DNA of 64,000 bases from Gigantopelta aegis (lineage: Eukaryota): NCBI RefSeq assembly GCF_016097555.1, contig NC_054708.1, forward strand, positions 62,396,537 to 62,460,536. The letters are read 5' to 3'. The position numbers were made by a program, and so were the translations under genes. The notes beneath the pieces are model-generated. The model searched no databases. It was given only the letters and a program-made list of their open reading frames with translations, and was not told the origin of the DNA. This document shows positions 52,159 through 63,950 of the stretch, piece after piece. Numbering within the stretch: the first letter of the stretch is position 1; the number at the start of each line of letters is the position of its first letter.

Positions 52159-53264
52159 CTGAAACAAATTAAATAAAACCAATAATAATAATAATAATAA
52201 TAATGTGCGTACATGTACCTGTACCATATACAATACATACAAATATAGGCCATAGGATTTCCTTTTTTTTCTTTTCAATTCCATGCCTTATGATCAAGGG
52301 AACCACTGTTTTTAGGTTCCATGAATACAAGTCATGGGGTATGATAATCATGGGAAACAAAATGTTTTGGTTCAGTGATTTTACTGACATGTTACCGGAA
52401 ACAATTGTTTCCATAAAATCCAAGGGCCTGCAAATTTGTCTAATTATGTAAATTATATTTGTACGGTATGTGCACAATGTAATACTTTTATTGAAGAATT
52501 TACTTTATTTATGTTTGGGTTCATGAATGTAAGAATGAACCAAAAAAAACCCCAAACAATGCACACTGTATGATTTTGTTTACTTGCAGCTTAATTTTCT
52601 CAGTTCAGGACTATTTTACACTGTTATGGAGTGACAACTACATGCATTTATCAAGATGTGCATATATATTTCCACTTCCAGTGTTTGACAAATATTTGAG
52701 AAAGTCACAAGCCCTGACAGAAGCTTTGGCTAGTGCCCTATCTTATACATTAATACAGAAATACATTTTTTTTCTTCTTCTTTTTTTTTGGGGGGGGGGG
52801 GGAGGGAGGGGGGCTAAAAAATGTCATGTACAAAAAGAAAACAAAAACTAAAATAAAGTCCAAATGGGTCACATTAGAAGGTAAAGTTTTACTTGACAGG
52901 AAAGCAAAGAAATATTTGTTTAATGACACCTCAGCACATTTTAAACAACCAGTGGATGGGATGGAAAAAAAAACAAACCCAAGTACATTGAGGGTGATCA
53001 ATCCTGTGATTTATCACATCTTGGGCATAAACTACATCACCGAGTTACATCCTGTGCCATTTTGGAGCGAATGTTTGTTTTGGTTAACACCACCACTAGA
53101 GCACATTGATTTATTAATCAACGGCTATTGGATGTCAAACATGTGATAATTCTTACATATTGTCTTAGAGAGGAAACCAGCCACATTTTCCCATCAGCTA
53201 GTAGCAAGGGATCTTTTATGTGCACCATCCTAGAGACACTAGCTGGAATGAGGTTCCAATAACC

Positions 53265-53600
53265 GCTCTGATGGGGATCGATTCCAGGCTGGGGAGGGAC
53301 TTAGCTCAGTCGGTCAAGTGGTTGTTAGAGGTGTTTGTGTTACAGGATAGAACCACTTCAGTGGATCCTTCAACTGACTGGGTTTTCTCGTTCCAACCAG
53401 TGCACCACAACTGGTCAAAGGCCATGGTATATGCTTTCCTGTCTGTGGGAAAGTGCATATAAAAGATACCTTTCTGCATTAGAAAAAATGTAGCCGGTTT
53501 CCTCTGATGACGAGTCAGAATTACCAAATGTTTGACATCCAATAGCTGATGATTAATGAATCAATGTGCTCTAGTGGTGTCATTAAACAAAACAAACAAA
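53265..53600 (+). mobile_element. tRNA-derived SINE (type 1), full length
   Basis: Head ggggagggacttagctcagtcggtcaagtgg. Core ccagtgcaccacaactggtcaaaggccatggtatatgc...gtgcatataaaagatacc. Tail ...gtgctctagtggtgtcattaaacaaaacaaacaaac. Confidence 0.8.
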
Positions 53601-53666
53601 CTTTGATTCCAGACTGATCACAAATCACTGGGCTATGTCCCATCTAGCAAAACAAAGTACAATTAC

Positions 53667-53800
53667 CTGACAGGATTGAGCACAATGCAGTAGTTTCCTG
53701 GAGGAATAGTAACCATAGGTAGTGGTCCTGCAACTAACTTCTCATTTGCCAATAATGCTACAGACTTCGGTCCAACTTCAAGACGAGTAATATTTGTGGT
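53667..53800 (-). CDS. MVP: MVP exon 2 (TTNITRLEVGPKSVALLANEKLVAGPLPMVTIPPGNYCIVLNPV)
   Basis: Matches human [40 protein letters not shown]. Acceptor tatttcag, donor GTAATT. Phase 0 to 2. Confidence 0.85.
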
Positions 53801-54794
53801 CTGAAATAGTAAGTTTAAAGAGACTACTGAGTTGGTTGCCACTGGAACATGTTTCAAAACAATTTTATAGCCTTTTTAATGACAAAAACTACATATATAT
53901 GAAATACAATTTATTTAGAATATATCAGTGTCTGTATAATCAATGTTTCTGATCATCGTAAAGTTGTACACTTGTACGAAAAAAGAAAGAAAAAGGAAAG
54001 AAAATGAAGTTTTAGCTACTACAACCCCCCCCCCCCCCCCCCCCCTGTTTGCTGTGTAATTCTAGTTGTTAAAGAGGCTACAGTTTTAGTCAGGGAAATC
54101 TTATCAAAGGCAGCAACTCAAGACAATCTCTGTACATAACAAAGTTCAGACATAATGAGTGATATATGTATGGACGTGCACTAGTACAAATCTAGCCCAA
54201 GTACTCGGACAGTAAGAGAGCAAGATGGACATTTGGACAGTTATGATGCTCTCATTACGGCCAGAGAAAACTGTATATTAAAACTGCGCAATCGCTGCCT
54301 ACCAAACGGTAGTCAAAGCTCCCCACTCTAATATAACAACAATCCTGTTTGACGTAAATACTTTTACATCAATAATTTTCGACATCCCCGATGAAAAAAA
54401 AAATTCAATTATTAATCACTAATACACACTACAGGAAGAGACTCGTCAGCAAATAATTTTCTGTATAATAAATAATGTTCTAGTTAAATACATATTTGCC
54501 AACAAATTTCTTCCTGTAGTGCGTGCATATAAGTGAATAATATGTGAACATGTTTTTATCAGGGAGCTCAAAAATGATCAGTGTAAAAGTATTTAATGTC
54601 AAACATAGGATTGTTGTTGTATTAGAGCAGGAATCTTTGACTAGAGTCTAGTGTTTGGTTGGCATCAATTGCACAGAATTTATATGGATTGGTCCTAGTT
54701 TACCAAGGTCCATTTTTTTTTACATTTTGACATTTATTGGACCTCCGACGGCACAGCAATAAACATCACAATAATAAATATTGTGCCAGAGACA

Positions 54795-55385
54795 TTTATC
54801 TTGATGAACAAAGGTCTTGTTTTGGCTTCGTATACAATAAATAAAACATATCCAACAGTAATTTTTTAATATGATATACATGTATTTGACAAAAGGTACT
54901 TTTTATTTCTTTCATCTTTTAAAACTTAAAATTAATATTTTGTCCAGAATTATGAAAAATAAAAAAACCTCAACCTGTAATTAAACAGCGTTGTCAGCTT
55001 GTCATAAAAATGTGACAGGGGTCAAGGTTAGTAGACCGGTTTTAATGCGGTAAAGCATTGCAATAATATAGCTAATTTTGAATTTGAATGACGTCAGGAT
55101 TCCAGTGACGTCACTTTGCATCTCCTTAAAATAACCATAAACTGGGTAAACGATGTTTCCGTTTAGAGAATGCTGGAAAAATCCCAATACAAAATTGCTA
55201 TCAAAATTTTTTGTTGGAACTTTACTAATGCACCTGATAGTGTTTGAAAAAAAATATTGTAATTAAAAAATTGTACCTTTTACAAAATATGGATTTCAAT
55301 GAAATTACGGTAAGATATGCTATATTTATTGTGTACAAAGCCAAAACAAGGGTGCGAAAAGTGACTGTCATCGACCTTAAGATGG
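54795..55385. mobile_element. Second copy of the 42280-42860 MITE family
   Basis: cttgttttggcttcgtatacaataaa ... ttgtgtacaaagccaaaacaagggtgcgaaaagtgac. Confidence 0.6.
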
Positions 55386-55439
55386 GGGCCCTGACAGTAT
55401 GAGAGCGTTGATAACTGTCCAATTGTTTGTCTAGCTCTC

Positions 55440-56100
55440 TTACCGTCAATTGATAGGAGTTGCCTACTAAAGTCCGAACCAAAATGTTAACAACTACGAA
55501 AAATTGCTCTCCTACTAGTACCTTTATTTTTCGTTAGATTTTACTCACATTTTGTCCAGACAGAAATCTTGAAAAAACCATTACAATGACACAGATTCCA
55601 CATACTAGATAATAACCATGTCACCTATGTCGACTTCACTGAGATCGCATCAGGCAAAAAGCATGTAATTTTGTGCCGGCTGCCATTTTGACTTTTTATG
55701 GAATATTCTCCAAGAGGGGTGAAAGGATATAACTTAATCTAATGTCATAAAATGTTATGATATAAAAGCAAACATGATGACGTCATATTAATTTTATTAT
55801 TATTATTATTTATTTATTATTATTTTTTAATGATACCACTAGAGATCATTGATTTTATATTAATTATGTCATATACTTTGGAGGCTTTCACCCCTCTTGA
55901 AGAGTATTCCATAAAAAACCCAAAATGTCAGACGGCAGAAAACTGCATGTATTTTGCCCTATGCTATCTCAGTGAAGTCGATACTGACGACATCGTTACA
56001 GTCTCATATGTGGAATCTGTGTCACTGTAATGTTTTTTTCACAACTTGTGTCTGGACAAAATTAGGGGGAAACGGTAATTAAAGGTAGGAGAGTAATTTA
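55440..56100. mobile_element. Foldback (long-hairpin) element, copy 1, in MVP intron 1
   Basis: Left arm ...tccgaaccaaaatgttaacaactacgaaaaattgctctcctac... and right arm ...gtaggagagtaatttattgttgttgttaa... are inverted. Internal palindromes tggaatattctccaagagggg/ccctcttgaagagtattcca. Confidence 0.7.
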
Positions 56101-56329
56101 TTGTTGTTGTTAAAGGGACAGTCCTGAGTTTGCTGCATTGTAAGATGTTTCCGACTAATAAAATATTTCTATGATTAAACTTACATATTAAATATATTTT
56201 CTTGTTTAGAATATCAGTGTCTGTATATTCAATGCGTTTCTGGTCGTCTTAATATTTGTAAGAAGCCCAAACTGGATTTTGTCTTGAAATAATTTCATAC
56301 GTATGAAAAAATAACATTCTAGGAAATAT

Positions 56330-56990
56330 TTAAGGAAATTTAACCTATTGTCCGAACCAAATTGTTAACAACTAAGAAAAATTACTCTCCTACCTTTAAT
56401 TGCCGTTAGATTTCCTCCAAAGTTTGTCCAGGCAGAAATCTTGAAAAAACCATTACAATGACACAGATTCCACATACCAGATGATAACTATGTCACCTAT
56501 ATCGACTTCGCTGAGAGCGCATAGGGTAAAAAGCATGTAATTTTGTGCCAGCTGCCATTTTGACTTTTTTTGGAATATTTTTCAAGAAGGGTGAAAGGAT
56601 AGGACTTAATCTAACAACATCATAACATGTTATGATATAAAAGCAAACGTGATGATGTCATATTATTTATTATTATTATTATTTTTTTTTTAATGATACC
56701 ACTAGAGATAATTGATTTCATATTAATTGTGTCACATACTTTCACCCCTCTTGAAGAGTATTCCATAAACAAGCAACATGGCAGACGTGAGAAAACTGCG
56801 TGTATTTTTTACTATACAATCTCGGCAAAGACTATATCAGCGACATCGTTGCAGTCTCGTGTGTGGAATCTGTATATTTGTAGTGTTTTTTTGGTGATTT
56901 GTGTCTGGACAAACTTTGGAGGAAATCTAACGGCAATTAAAAGTAGGAGAGTAATTTGTTGTAGTTGTTAACAATTTGGTTCAGACAATA
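56330..56990. mobile_element. Foldback element, copy 2 (direct tandem with copy 1); almost the whole 650 bp is self-complementary
   Basis: 56340 ctattgtccgaaccaaattgttaacaactaagaaaaattactctcctac matches its inverse gtaggagagtaatttgttgtagttgttaacaatttggttcagacaatag at 56940-56990. Nested palindromes gacacagattccacata/tgtgtggaatctgt. Confidence 0.75.
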
Positions 56991-57434
56991 GTACAAATAT
57001 TAGAACCATCGCATCAGAAACATGTTTAATATACAGCCACTAATATTTTATGTAGCAAAATATATTTGATATGTAATTAAAATCGTTAAAAAGTCTCTGT
57101 TAGTCGATAACATCTTTAAAATTGCAGCAAACTCAGGAATGTCCCTTTAATAATTTGGTTCGGACTTTGGGGCGAGTTGACTCGATGATGCGCTGGTCCC
57201 ATTTGATTTGGTTACGGTTATTTTTAGTGTTAGGGTTAGCCTTTAGAGCCTTGATATAGAGGGGTACGGGTCGAACTCTTTCCTCATTTGGAACGTTGAT
57301 GGTAATTTTATTGTAAAAGAAAAAAAGTCCTTAAGTCTTTCCTCCTTTTGTGAAACTTGAAAGTGAAAGTGACAATTCTATTTGCAGTGAAAACAGCGTA
57401 ACTGCGTTTTAACATTTTCAATTTTACAACTCAC

Positions 57435-57488
57435 TTCATCCAGAATGTGGATAAACTGGTATGGAGCCAATCCGCATATTTGATTCAT
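57435..57488 (-). CDS. MVP: MVP exon 1 (MNQICGLAPYQFIHILDE); ATG at 57488; donor GTGAGT
   Basis: Matches the MVP N-terminus (human ...IRIPPYHYIHVLDQ). Kozak-like ATCAACATGA. Phase 0 end joins the exon 2 acceptor. Confidence 0.7.
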
Positions 57489-57970
57489 GTTGATGGTTTG
57501 CGTGACGCCTTTTGATTGTTTTTTCAACTCAAGTAATTGAAGTATAATCTGCGAAACAAGTTAACACTGTCAACAACAACAACAAAAAATATTACACAAA
57601 TATTAGAAACGCTTTTCATTGTTTACTACGCTGCTAATACTATTTTCCCCCACATGCAAAGTATACGTGTAAAACCTGTCTATGAAAAATCCGGAAACGT
57701 TAGACAAGTTTAGATGGTGGTTGGTCGATACAGGTTGTACTATACCAATTAAAATCCCATAGGCGACCATGTTAACGTTTATGTTTAAAAACACTATATG
57801 CAATATATCAACCAAACTATGACCCGTAAATATCAGTACTACAACCCCTACATTGTTACAACACCTATAGTTTCGCACAAAAGTTTAGTACTCTTTTTTT
57901 TTTTACCGGTACCCCATACATGTTTCAAGCACAAGGCTACTTGACAGTTGTGCACACATTTTTTGCCCAG

Positions 57971-58001
<31 letters not shown>

Positions 58002-58179
58002 ACCAACACACTCACATTTATTACCAATCACAGGACTTGTGTTGTTAACTTCTCTATCAAAAACCTCAAATTTTGTCCCAGCCGGAAGTTATTTAAATTG
58101 GTTTAGTACTACATGTAGCCAAAGTGGTGGCCATAACGCTGTAACACATTTTTTTCACTAAGAATTGAGATACCTTTGC

Positions 58180-59240
58180 AGGGACAACCAGGGTTGGAAA
58201 TTAGCAGTCACCCGTGGCGACCTTTATTGGCTAAGGGCGACTAACAATTTTAGAAAGGTAGTCCGTTGGGCGACCATCGATTTTAGTGTCTGGCGAGTAT
58301 GGTACTAGTTAAAAAAGAAACACACTGATACTGAATCGCATGTGGCAGAAGTCTATGTTGGCGCGAACTACAGATCTGGCAACAGAATACATAAAATATG
58401 TTCTATATTTTGACAGCGCCAACATATATAATGAATAAAGATAAGAGTCATATAAAAACATATTAATTTATTAAGTTTTAAACCCATACCGTCTCAAATA
58501 ACATTTTATTGGGGGGTAAAAATGCAGTGTAAATAAAAATAAAAATTATTCACAAATTACAATCAAACTGCATATGTTAACTCTTCTTTTGTGATTCAAG
58601 TTTCAAAGAAATTGATGGAACATCCAAGGTAATCTGAATAACACAACCATAATGCATAATCAGGGCCGTATCTCTGCACAAAGCATAGTCGAATGGACAT
58701 TTCGCAAAATAGTGGATGATTGCATTGATCTCCGTCTAGGAGAACAGCCGAGGAAATCATTTGCTAGGAATTTCACCCTTCTTGCATCACCACAAACTTT
58801 ATTTCATCTCTTGCATAGCCACAGAGGACTGCCACTCCCAGACTAGTTTACTAAAGCACGCGCATTATCTTTTACCCTGTATTAAAAATGAGATTTAATA
58901 TGTTTAATCTAATGGTACTTTGTAAACAAACATGTTTGTTTATACTGGATTTCTTTTTTAATTTTTAATTTTATTTGAGTTGGTATGGATTTAAAACTTA
59001 ATAACATGTTTTTATATGAATTTTTACTTTATTCATTATGACGTTAAACGTCAATTCATCGGTTTTCTTTAACGCAAACGGTTATTATTCAACAAAAAAA
59101 CCCAACCCTACTCTAATTTTAATTTTAGCTGTGCAGTTAAATTCCAATGTATTAATTGGAGGGCTAGTTGAATTTAAGAAGGGCCAGTAAGATTTTTCTT
59201 CAACTGGCTCTGCTGGCGACCTTGGTTTTCTTGTTAATTT
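58180..59240 (+). repeat. About 1.1-kb interspersed repeat (copy B, upstream of the MVP start), inverted relative to copy A
   Basis: See copy A. The internal region 58560-58900 is diverged. Confidence 0.7.
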
Positions 59241-60910
59241 TCAACCCTGGACAATTTCAATATTGAGTAATAAATATCTTTACTTTACAGAAACTATGTA
59301 ATAACTTTTACAGCTACAAATCAGTGTACTAGAGAGTAATATAGCTGTGATGCTATTATATTGTCGAGTGTCATGTCAAAGATATAATTTATATAAAATA
59401 AAAAAAAATGTCAGTGCAGTGAGATGCGTCATCATTTCAAAGTTTTCTTTTGTGTTTTTTGTGAACTATCTCTGTCCAACCTACAAACTAGGATTATACA
59501 ATAAGCTTTATGTTTTTCTCAACCAAAAATTCATTATTCATTACAAAATATTAGTTAATTTTACACATGATTGACACATGACAAATGGTTAACATAAGGA
59601 CCAGACAGGGAGGACTTTTAAGTATAATTTTTAACAGAAATAAGAAAACAAAAAATTATAAGGTTTATTACAAATACAATGCAAACTATATACTCAAATT
59701 AATAAATATAACCATATATGGGCAAAGCAAAATACTACATTTTATCAACAGAGTTCTTCAAACATTGCCGGTATACGCCAGTTCACTTCAGTATACGCCA
59801 GTTCAATTCTCCTTCTCCGAGCCGTCATCACTAGTTAGGGCTGTACAGATGGGCACACGGCTTCAGAAAATTGGTCGTGCTAAGGTCTTTGGTCATATAA
59901 GCATCCCATGCTTCTCCAAGCTTCTCCAAGCTTCTCCAAGCTTCTGTTCCAACTTGGTATATCTGGAATGTGTTTCTCTCTCAAGTCTTCGCAGGACACG
60001 TTGAGTTGTACCAACTCAGATTCTTTCCTTAATAAGGTAGCCATTTGGTAGAATCCGAGACCTGTTTGTCCTGCCCTTGTATTGAGTCTGTTGTGCCAAC
60101 TTGCAAATATAAATACATTATATCAATTGTTACATTTAATGTTGTAAAATGTACCCAGGGGCCTAATTCACTAAACTCACGCAACTTTGCGATCTCGCAG
60201 TGCAATGCTAAAAGACTTGCAAAGAGGATGCTTTGTTGTCTAGCAAAGCCTAAGAGACTTTTGTCAATTAGGCTCCAGGTCCTTACCGCTGGGTCTGCAA
60301 TGTGTATGTGTATTCATTCATGATTGTAATAAAATAAAAAATAAAAACTATTTTGTTTGTCAAGTTATGAATTTAATCGATAGTAACAATGTGTAGGCCT
60401 ACCTTCTACATCATTGTTCGTGCGAATGGTCAACCCAAACACACCACGATGACGCATCAAAACTAGGGTTCTTCATCCATTGCCTGTCCATGTAATAATT
60501 GGTTAACTCGATCAATGACCCGTTGTGTGCCCGAGCTGTCAGGACTGCAAACGTTTCCACGATGTGAACTGATGGTAGAAACGGTAGGGCCATCAGTTGT
60601 CTGGTGTAACTGTGGGCCACTTCTCGTTTCCTGTAACTAGTTCCTAAACCTAGCTCCTGGATGGTTGCGTCCAGTGAAAGTCACATCCCTTAATATCCAC
60701 ATCATTCTCCGATAGCTTGCCAAGCTCATGTAAAAAATTAATGATAAATTTGTTGAAACAAGATGACACACAATACGTAAGATAAATGGATATAAACATT
60801 GAAGCAAAACAAAATCCACCACCAAAGTCGACAACAAATGCCTCCACCACATTTCTCTCACTATTCTCTTTGACGGCATCCATGGTCTGAAATGGATATG
60901 ATTGTATTAT

Positions 60911-62529
60911 ATATACTACTCAAAAGAATTTAAGGGTCAGACGATATTTTCGACATTATTTTCTGAATGTCAATTATATTAGCTAGACCATAATGTCACG
61001 CATGGTATTGTTCCATTTTGACGAAAGTGGGTCTAAGCAACCCATAAATGAATTAAAATCCACTGTCATTGACACTGTCGACTAGTTCTAATGGCGAAAA
61101 CATGCTTACATTTGCACGTAAATTAGGGCGAAAGCGAAAGGTCTGCTAAGTGCCCATAACTTGCTTTTTCACAAAGCGCTTCATTTGCACGCTTTGCATG
61201 TGTATTCCATGTTCCCAATGCTGAATTTCCGTATAATTGGAGCTTGCGTTCGTGTACGGTGCACACTCCAAATTCGACAATGGTACGACGTCAGCTGACT
61301 ATCGAAGATCGAGGAAGGGCTATTGCTTGGCTTCAGGATGGCAATACGCAAAGAAATGTTGCTCTGAGACTTGGTGTCAGTCAGAGTGTCGTTGGCCGAC
61401 TGTGGCAACGGTACCAAGCAACGAATTCTGTTCGAAATCGTCCACGTTCGGGAAGACCCAGAAGCACTACAAATAGAGAGGACCGCTACATCACCAATAT
61501 GGATCTACGTCAACGCACAACCACTGCACGCCGATTACGTGACAATCTGCGGACTGCGACTGGAACTCGAGTGTCTGATTAAACCATACGCAATCGTCTC
61601 AGAGCCAATAATCTACGCTGCCGTCGCCAGGCTGTTCGACCACCACTCCTACCACGTCACAGAACGGTCAGACGTCACTGGTGCACGCTTCATCTGCGGT
61701 GGCAACGTGTTCAGTGGGGTCGAGTGATGTTCACTGATGAGTCCAGGTTCAGTCTCCAGTTCAACGACGGTCGGGTTCGTGTCTACAGACGTCCTGGGGA
61801 GCGCTTCGCTGACGTTAACGTTAGACAACGTCACCGGTTCGGTGGTGGCAGCTACATGGTGTGGGGCGGCATCTCTATCCACCACAGGACCCCCCTCTAT
61901 GTGGTGGATGGCAATCTGAATGGAATCCGCTATCTGAATGAGATTATTCGGCCGTTGGTTCTCCCAGGCCTTCAGCAGATTGGCGGCGGGGCAGTTCTGC
62001 AGGATGACAATGCCAGACCCCACCGCGCCAGGGTGGTAACGGACTTTCTCAGACAACAAGGTATCGCCAGGATGGATTGGCCAGCATATTCGCCTGACTT
62101 GGCCCCAATAGAGCACGCCTGGGACGAAGTAGGCAGGAGAGTTCGGGATAACCATGCCCCTCCGGCCAACCTTCATGATCTGGGTCAACTTCTTATGGCA
62201 GAGTGGCAGGCCATTCCCCAAGAGTTCTTCAGACGTCTGATCAACAGCATGAGGCAACGATGTGTCGAGTGTATTCGCGCCAGGGGTGGATTCACACACT
62301 ATTAAACGAATGTTCTAATGTGTAAAATCCATGTTTGACAACCTTCAACTTTGACAGCATGTCATGTGACTTTCTTGTATACAGTGACGTTTATTTGTGT
62401 TTTTTTGTAAATATGGAACAATAAATTAAATTTTTGGTGTAGTTTACATCATCAATCTAATACACTCTGAAACTTATTTGGTTATACATTTTTGACCCTT
62501 AAATTCTTTTGAGAAGTATATTAGGGACG
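60911..62529 (+). mobile_element. Tc1-like DNA transposon (copy B), about 1.6 kb with about 25-bp TIRs
   Basis: 5' end tactcaaaagaatttaagggtca (60916-60940) is inverted at 62500-62525. Its termini share atatact..tcaaaag with copy A. Confidence 0.75.
61244..62305 (+). pseudogene. Tc1-like transposase, collinear 353 codons but interrupted by a single in-frame TAA (61580-61582)
   Basis: ORF 61244..61582 and ORF 61724..62305 share one reading frame. Read through, the segment gives ...SD*TIRNRLRANNLRCRRQ...RVMFTDESRF... Copy A has Q (CAA) at the stop position. Motifs FTDESRF, QDDNARPHRA and SPDLAPIEHAWDE are intact. Confidence 0.85.
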
Positions 62530-62778
62530 GTCCATAAATGTCAATGGTTTTCATAATCCTAACAATGTTAGGATTGGGTTTGACCCCCTCCCCCCCTCCC
62601 CTAATCCTAACATAAAAATATTGATATAATGTGTACGAAGCATTGACCTTCGATGGACCGATGTTTTATCTGAAAAGCAATCCGAACATGGCTTTTACCC
62701 CCCCCCCCCCCCCCCCCCCCCCTTCCGAACATTGTTCGGATTGTGAAGCACATCGATATTTATGGACCGTCCCTTAGT
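62522..62778. mobile_element. MITE-like element (about 255 bp) with 17-bp TIRs agggacggtccataaat, internal palindromes and a poly-C tract, abutting the 3' TIR of Tc1 copy B
   Basis: agggacggtccataaatg at 62523 and its inverse cttatttatggaccgtccctt at 62757-62777. Internal aatcctaacaatgttaggatt and ccgaacattgttcgg palindromes. C30 run at 62691-62720. Confidence 0.6.
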
Positions 62779-63182
62779 GTGTTAGTTTATTCGTGTATTG
62801 AATGTTTGTGTGTGCGTTTCAAGAGATGCCGATATGATTGTATTATTATAGTCTAATTAGTCTTTTCATGTGCTGAATGTTCCAGAGATGAATTTTACAA
62901 ACTTTAACATAATCTTCCTTGCGCTTTCTGGATATTAAAGCTAAGACCAATGGGAACTGTTTTTGTTTTCCATCTTTTTGAACAAATGCATGTATGGACA
63001 TCAGCAGTCCTGCCGGTCGAATGGATTGCCAACAACTTGAAACCATGGTATTCCACAATAATTTTTTTAAAAATATATTTCTTTATGTATATTGAAAGAA
63101 AAAAAACATAATTTTACCTTCCATAAACATCGTTTTGCTTGTTGTAGAATATGTATGCATATTGAAAGAAAACAATGTTACC

Positions 63183-63326
63183 TTAAAGGTTCCACCCATG
63201 AACCATCTTTTTGCTTGTTGCAAAATATTTAGCTGGAATGGAGTAGCAAACACCAAAGTGTCGAGCGTCGTCCACACGGATTTCTGCTATACGAAAATCT
63301 TCACAATGGAGATACTCTGCATTCAC
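63183..63326 (-). CDS. Putative terminal coding exon of an unidentified neighbouring gene (VNAEYLHCEDFRIAEIRVDDARHFGVCYSIPAKYFATSKKMVHGWNL*)
   Basis: Open frame bounded by acceptor ctcaacag and stop TAA (63183-63185). Phase-consistent with the two upstream putative exons. Confidence 0.35.
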   Translation of the reverse strand: MNAEYLHCEDFRIAEIRVDDARHFGVCYSIPAKYFATSKKMVHGWNL

Positions 63327-63539
63327 CTGTTGAGAAAACAATTCATTATCAGTTATGTTTCTTTAAAAATAAACAGAAACTTAATTTGTTAAAAAAGAGA
63401 ATTATTTGGTTAATTTCTTTAGAAAATTAATAGTTTTTTTTTTTATGACATGCACAGCCAATTTACAATGAAATCCAAATCCTTTGGTTCTGCTGGCCTC
63501 TACTTAGACCTGTAACGGTTGAACTGATCTTTTAAACAC

Positions 63540-63650
63540 GTTTTGCTTTGGCGTCAGGAACAAGTTGTCCTGCTGTATGTTTTCTGTCATCACATCCTCA
63601 ATAACAGCCATCGCAGGGCGGTAAATCTCACCAGTTGCTTTCCTCTTCGC
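63540..63650 (-). CDS. Putative exon (AKRKATGEIYRPAMAVIEDVMTENIQQDNLFLTPKQN) of the same unidentified gene
   Basis: Acceptor catttacag, donor GTGTTT. 37 codons, phase 0 to 0. Confidence 0.35.
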
Positions 63651-63855
63651 CTGTAAATGAAATAAATAAATAAATATAAATACTTTAAAAACATATTTAT
63701 TTCATAGTAATTGACTTCAGCAGCTTCTGAGAGTTTGAAATATTTATTTAATTTAAATTATAGTGTTTATATTTGTAAAAATAAATTATAATTCATACAC
63801 TGTTTATGCCATTTATTACATTTGATAATGACTGATATAGTTCTAGCACACATAC

Positions 63856-63950
63856 CCTTTGAAGATGTCTCTGCTTACGCCTAACATTAGATGGATGTGA
63901 TTGATAGAAGACGAAAGTACCGATGAACTTGTTCGCGAGCTCTTGGCCCC
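63856..63950 (-). CDS. Putative exon (..GQELANKFIGTFVFYQSHPSNVRRKQRHLQR) of the same unidentified gene; the gene continues beyond the window end
   Basis: Acceptor acgtgttcag, donor GTATGT. The phase 0 end matches the next exon. Confidence 0.3.

Larger units (their letters stand above)
9708..57488 (-). other. MVP: Major vault protein gene (CDS span: ATG at 57488, stop TAA at 9708-9710), >=26 coding exons
   Basis: Conserved MVP peptides read exon by exon (e.g. ...[19 protein letters not shown]..., ...VQLAIEIST..., ...[10 protein letters not shown]..., ...NPINLF...). All junctions have GT donors and AG acceptors with consistent phases. Order and content are collinear with vertebrate and echinoderm MVP. 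Confidence 0.85.

Noticed and set aside
52750-53146. ORFs overlapping poly-G/poly-A tracts (KKKKKK, PPPSPPPP translations)
   Set aside because: Homopolymer-driven low-complexity ORFs next to a SINE, not coding.
59585-60323. ORFs 59585..60004 and 60045..60323
   Set aside because: No recognisable domains. The first contains a 9-bp microsatellite (cttctccaag x4). Likely intergenic.
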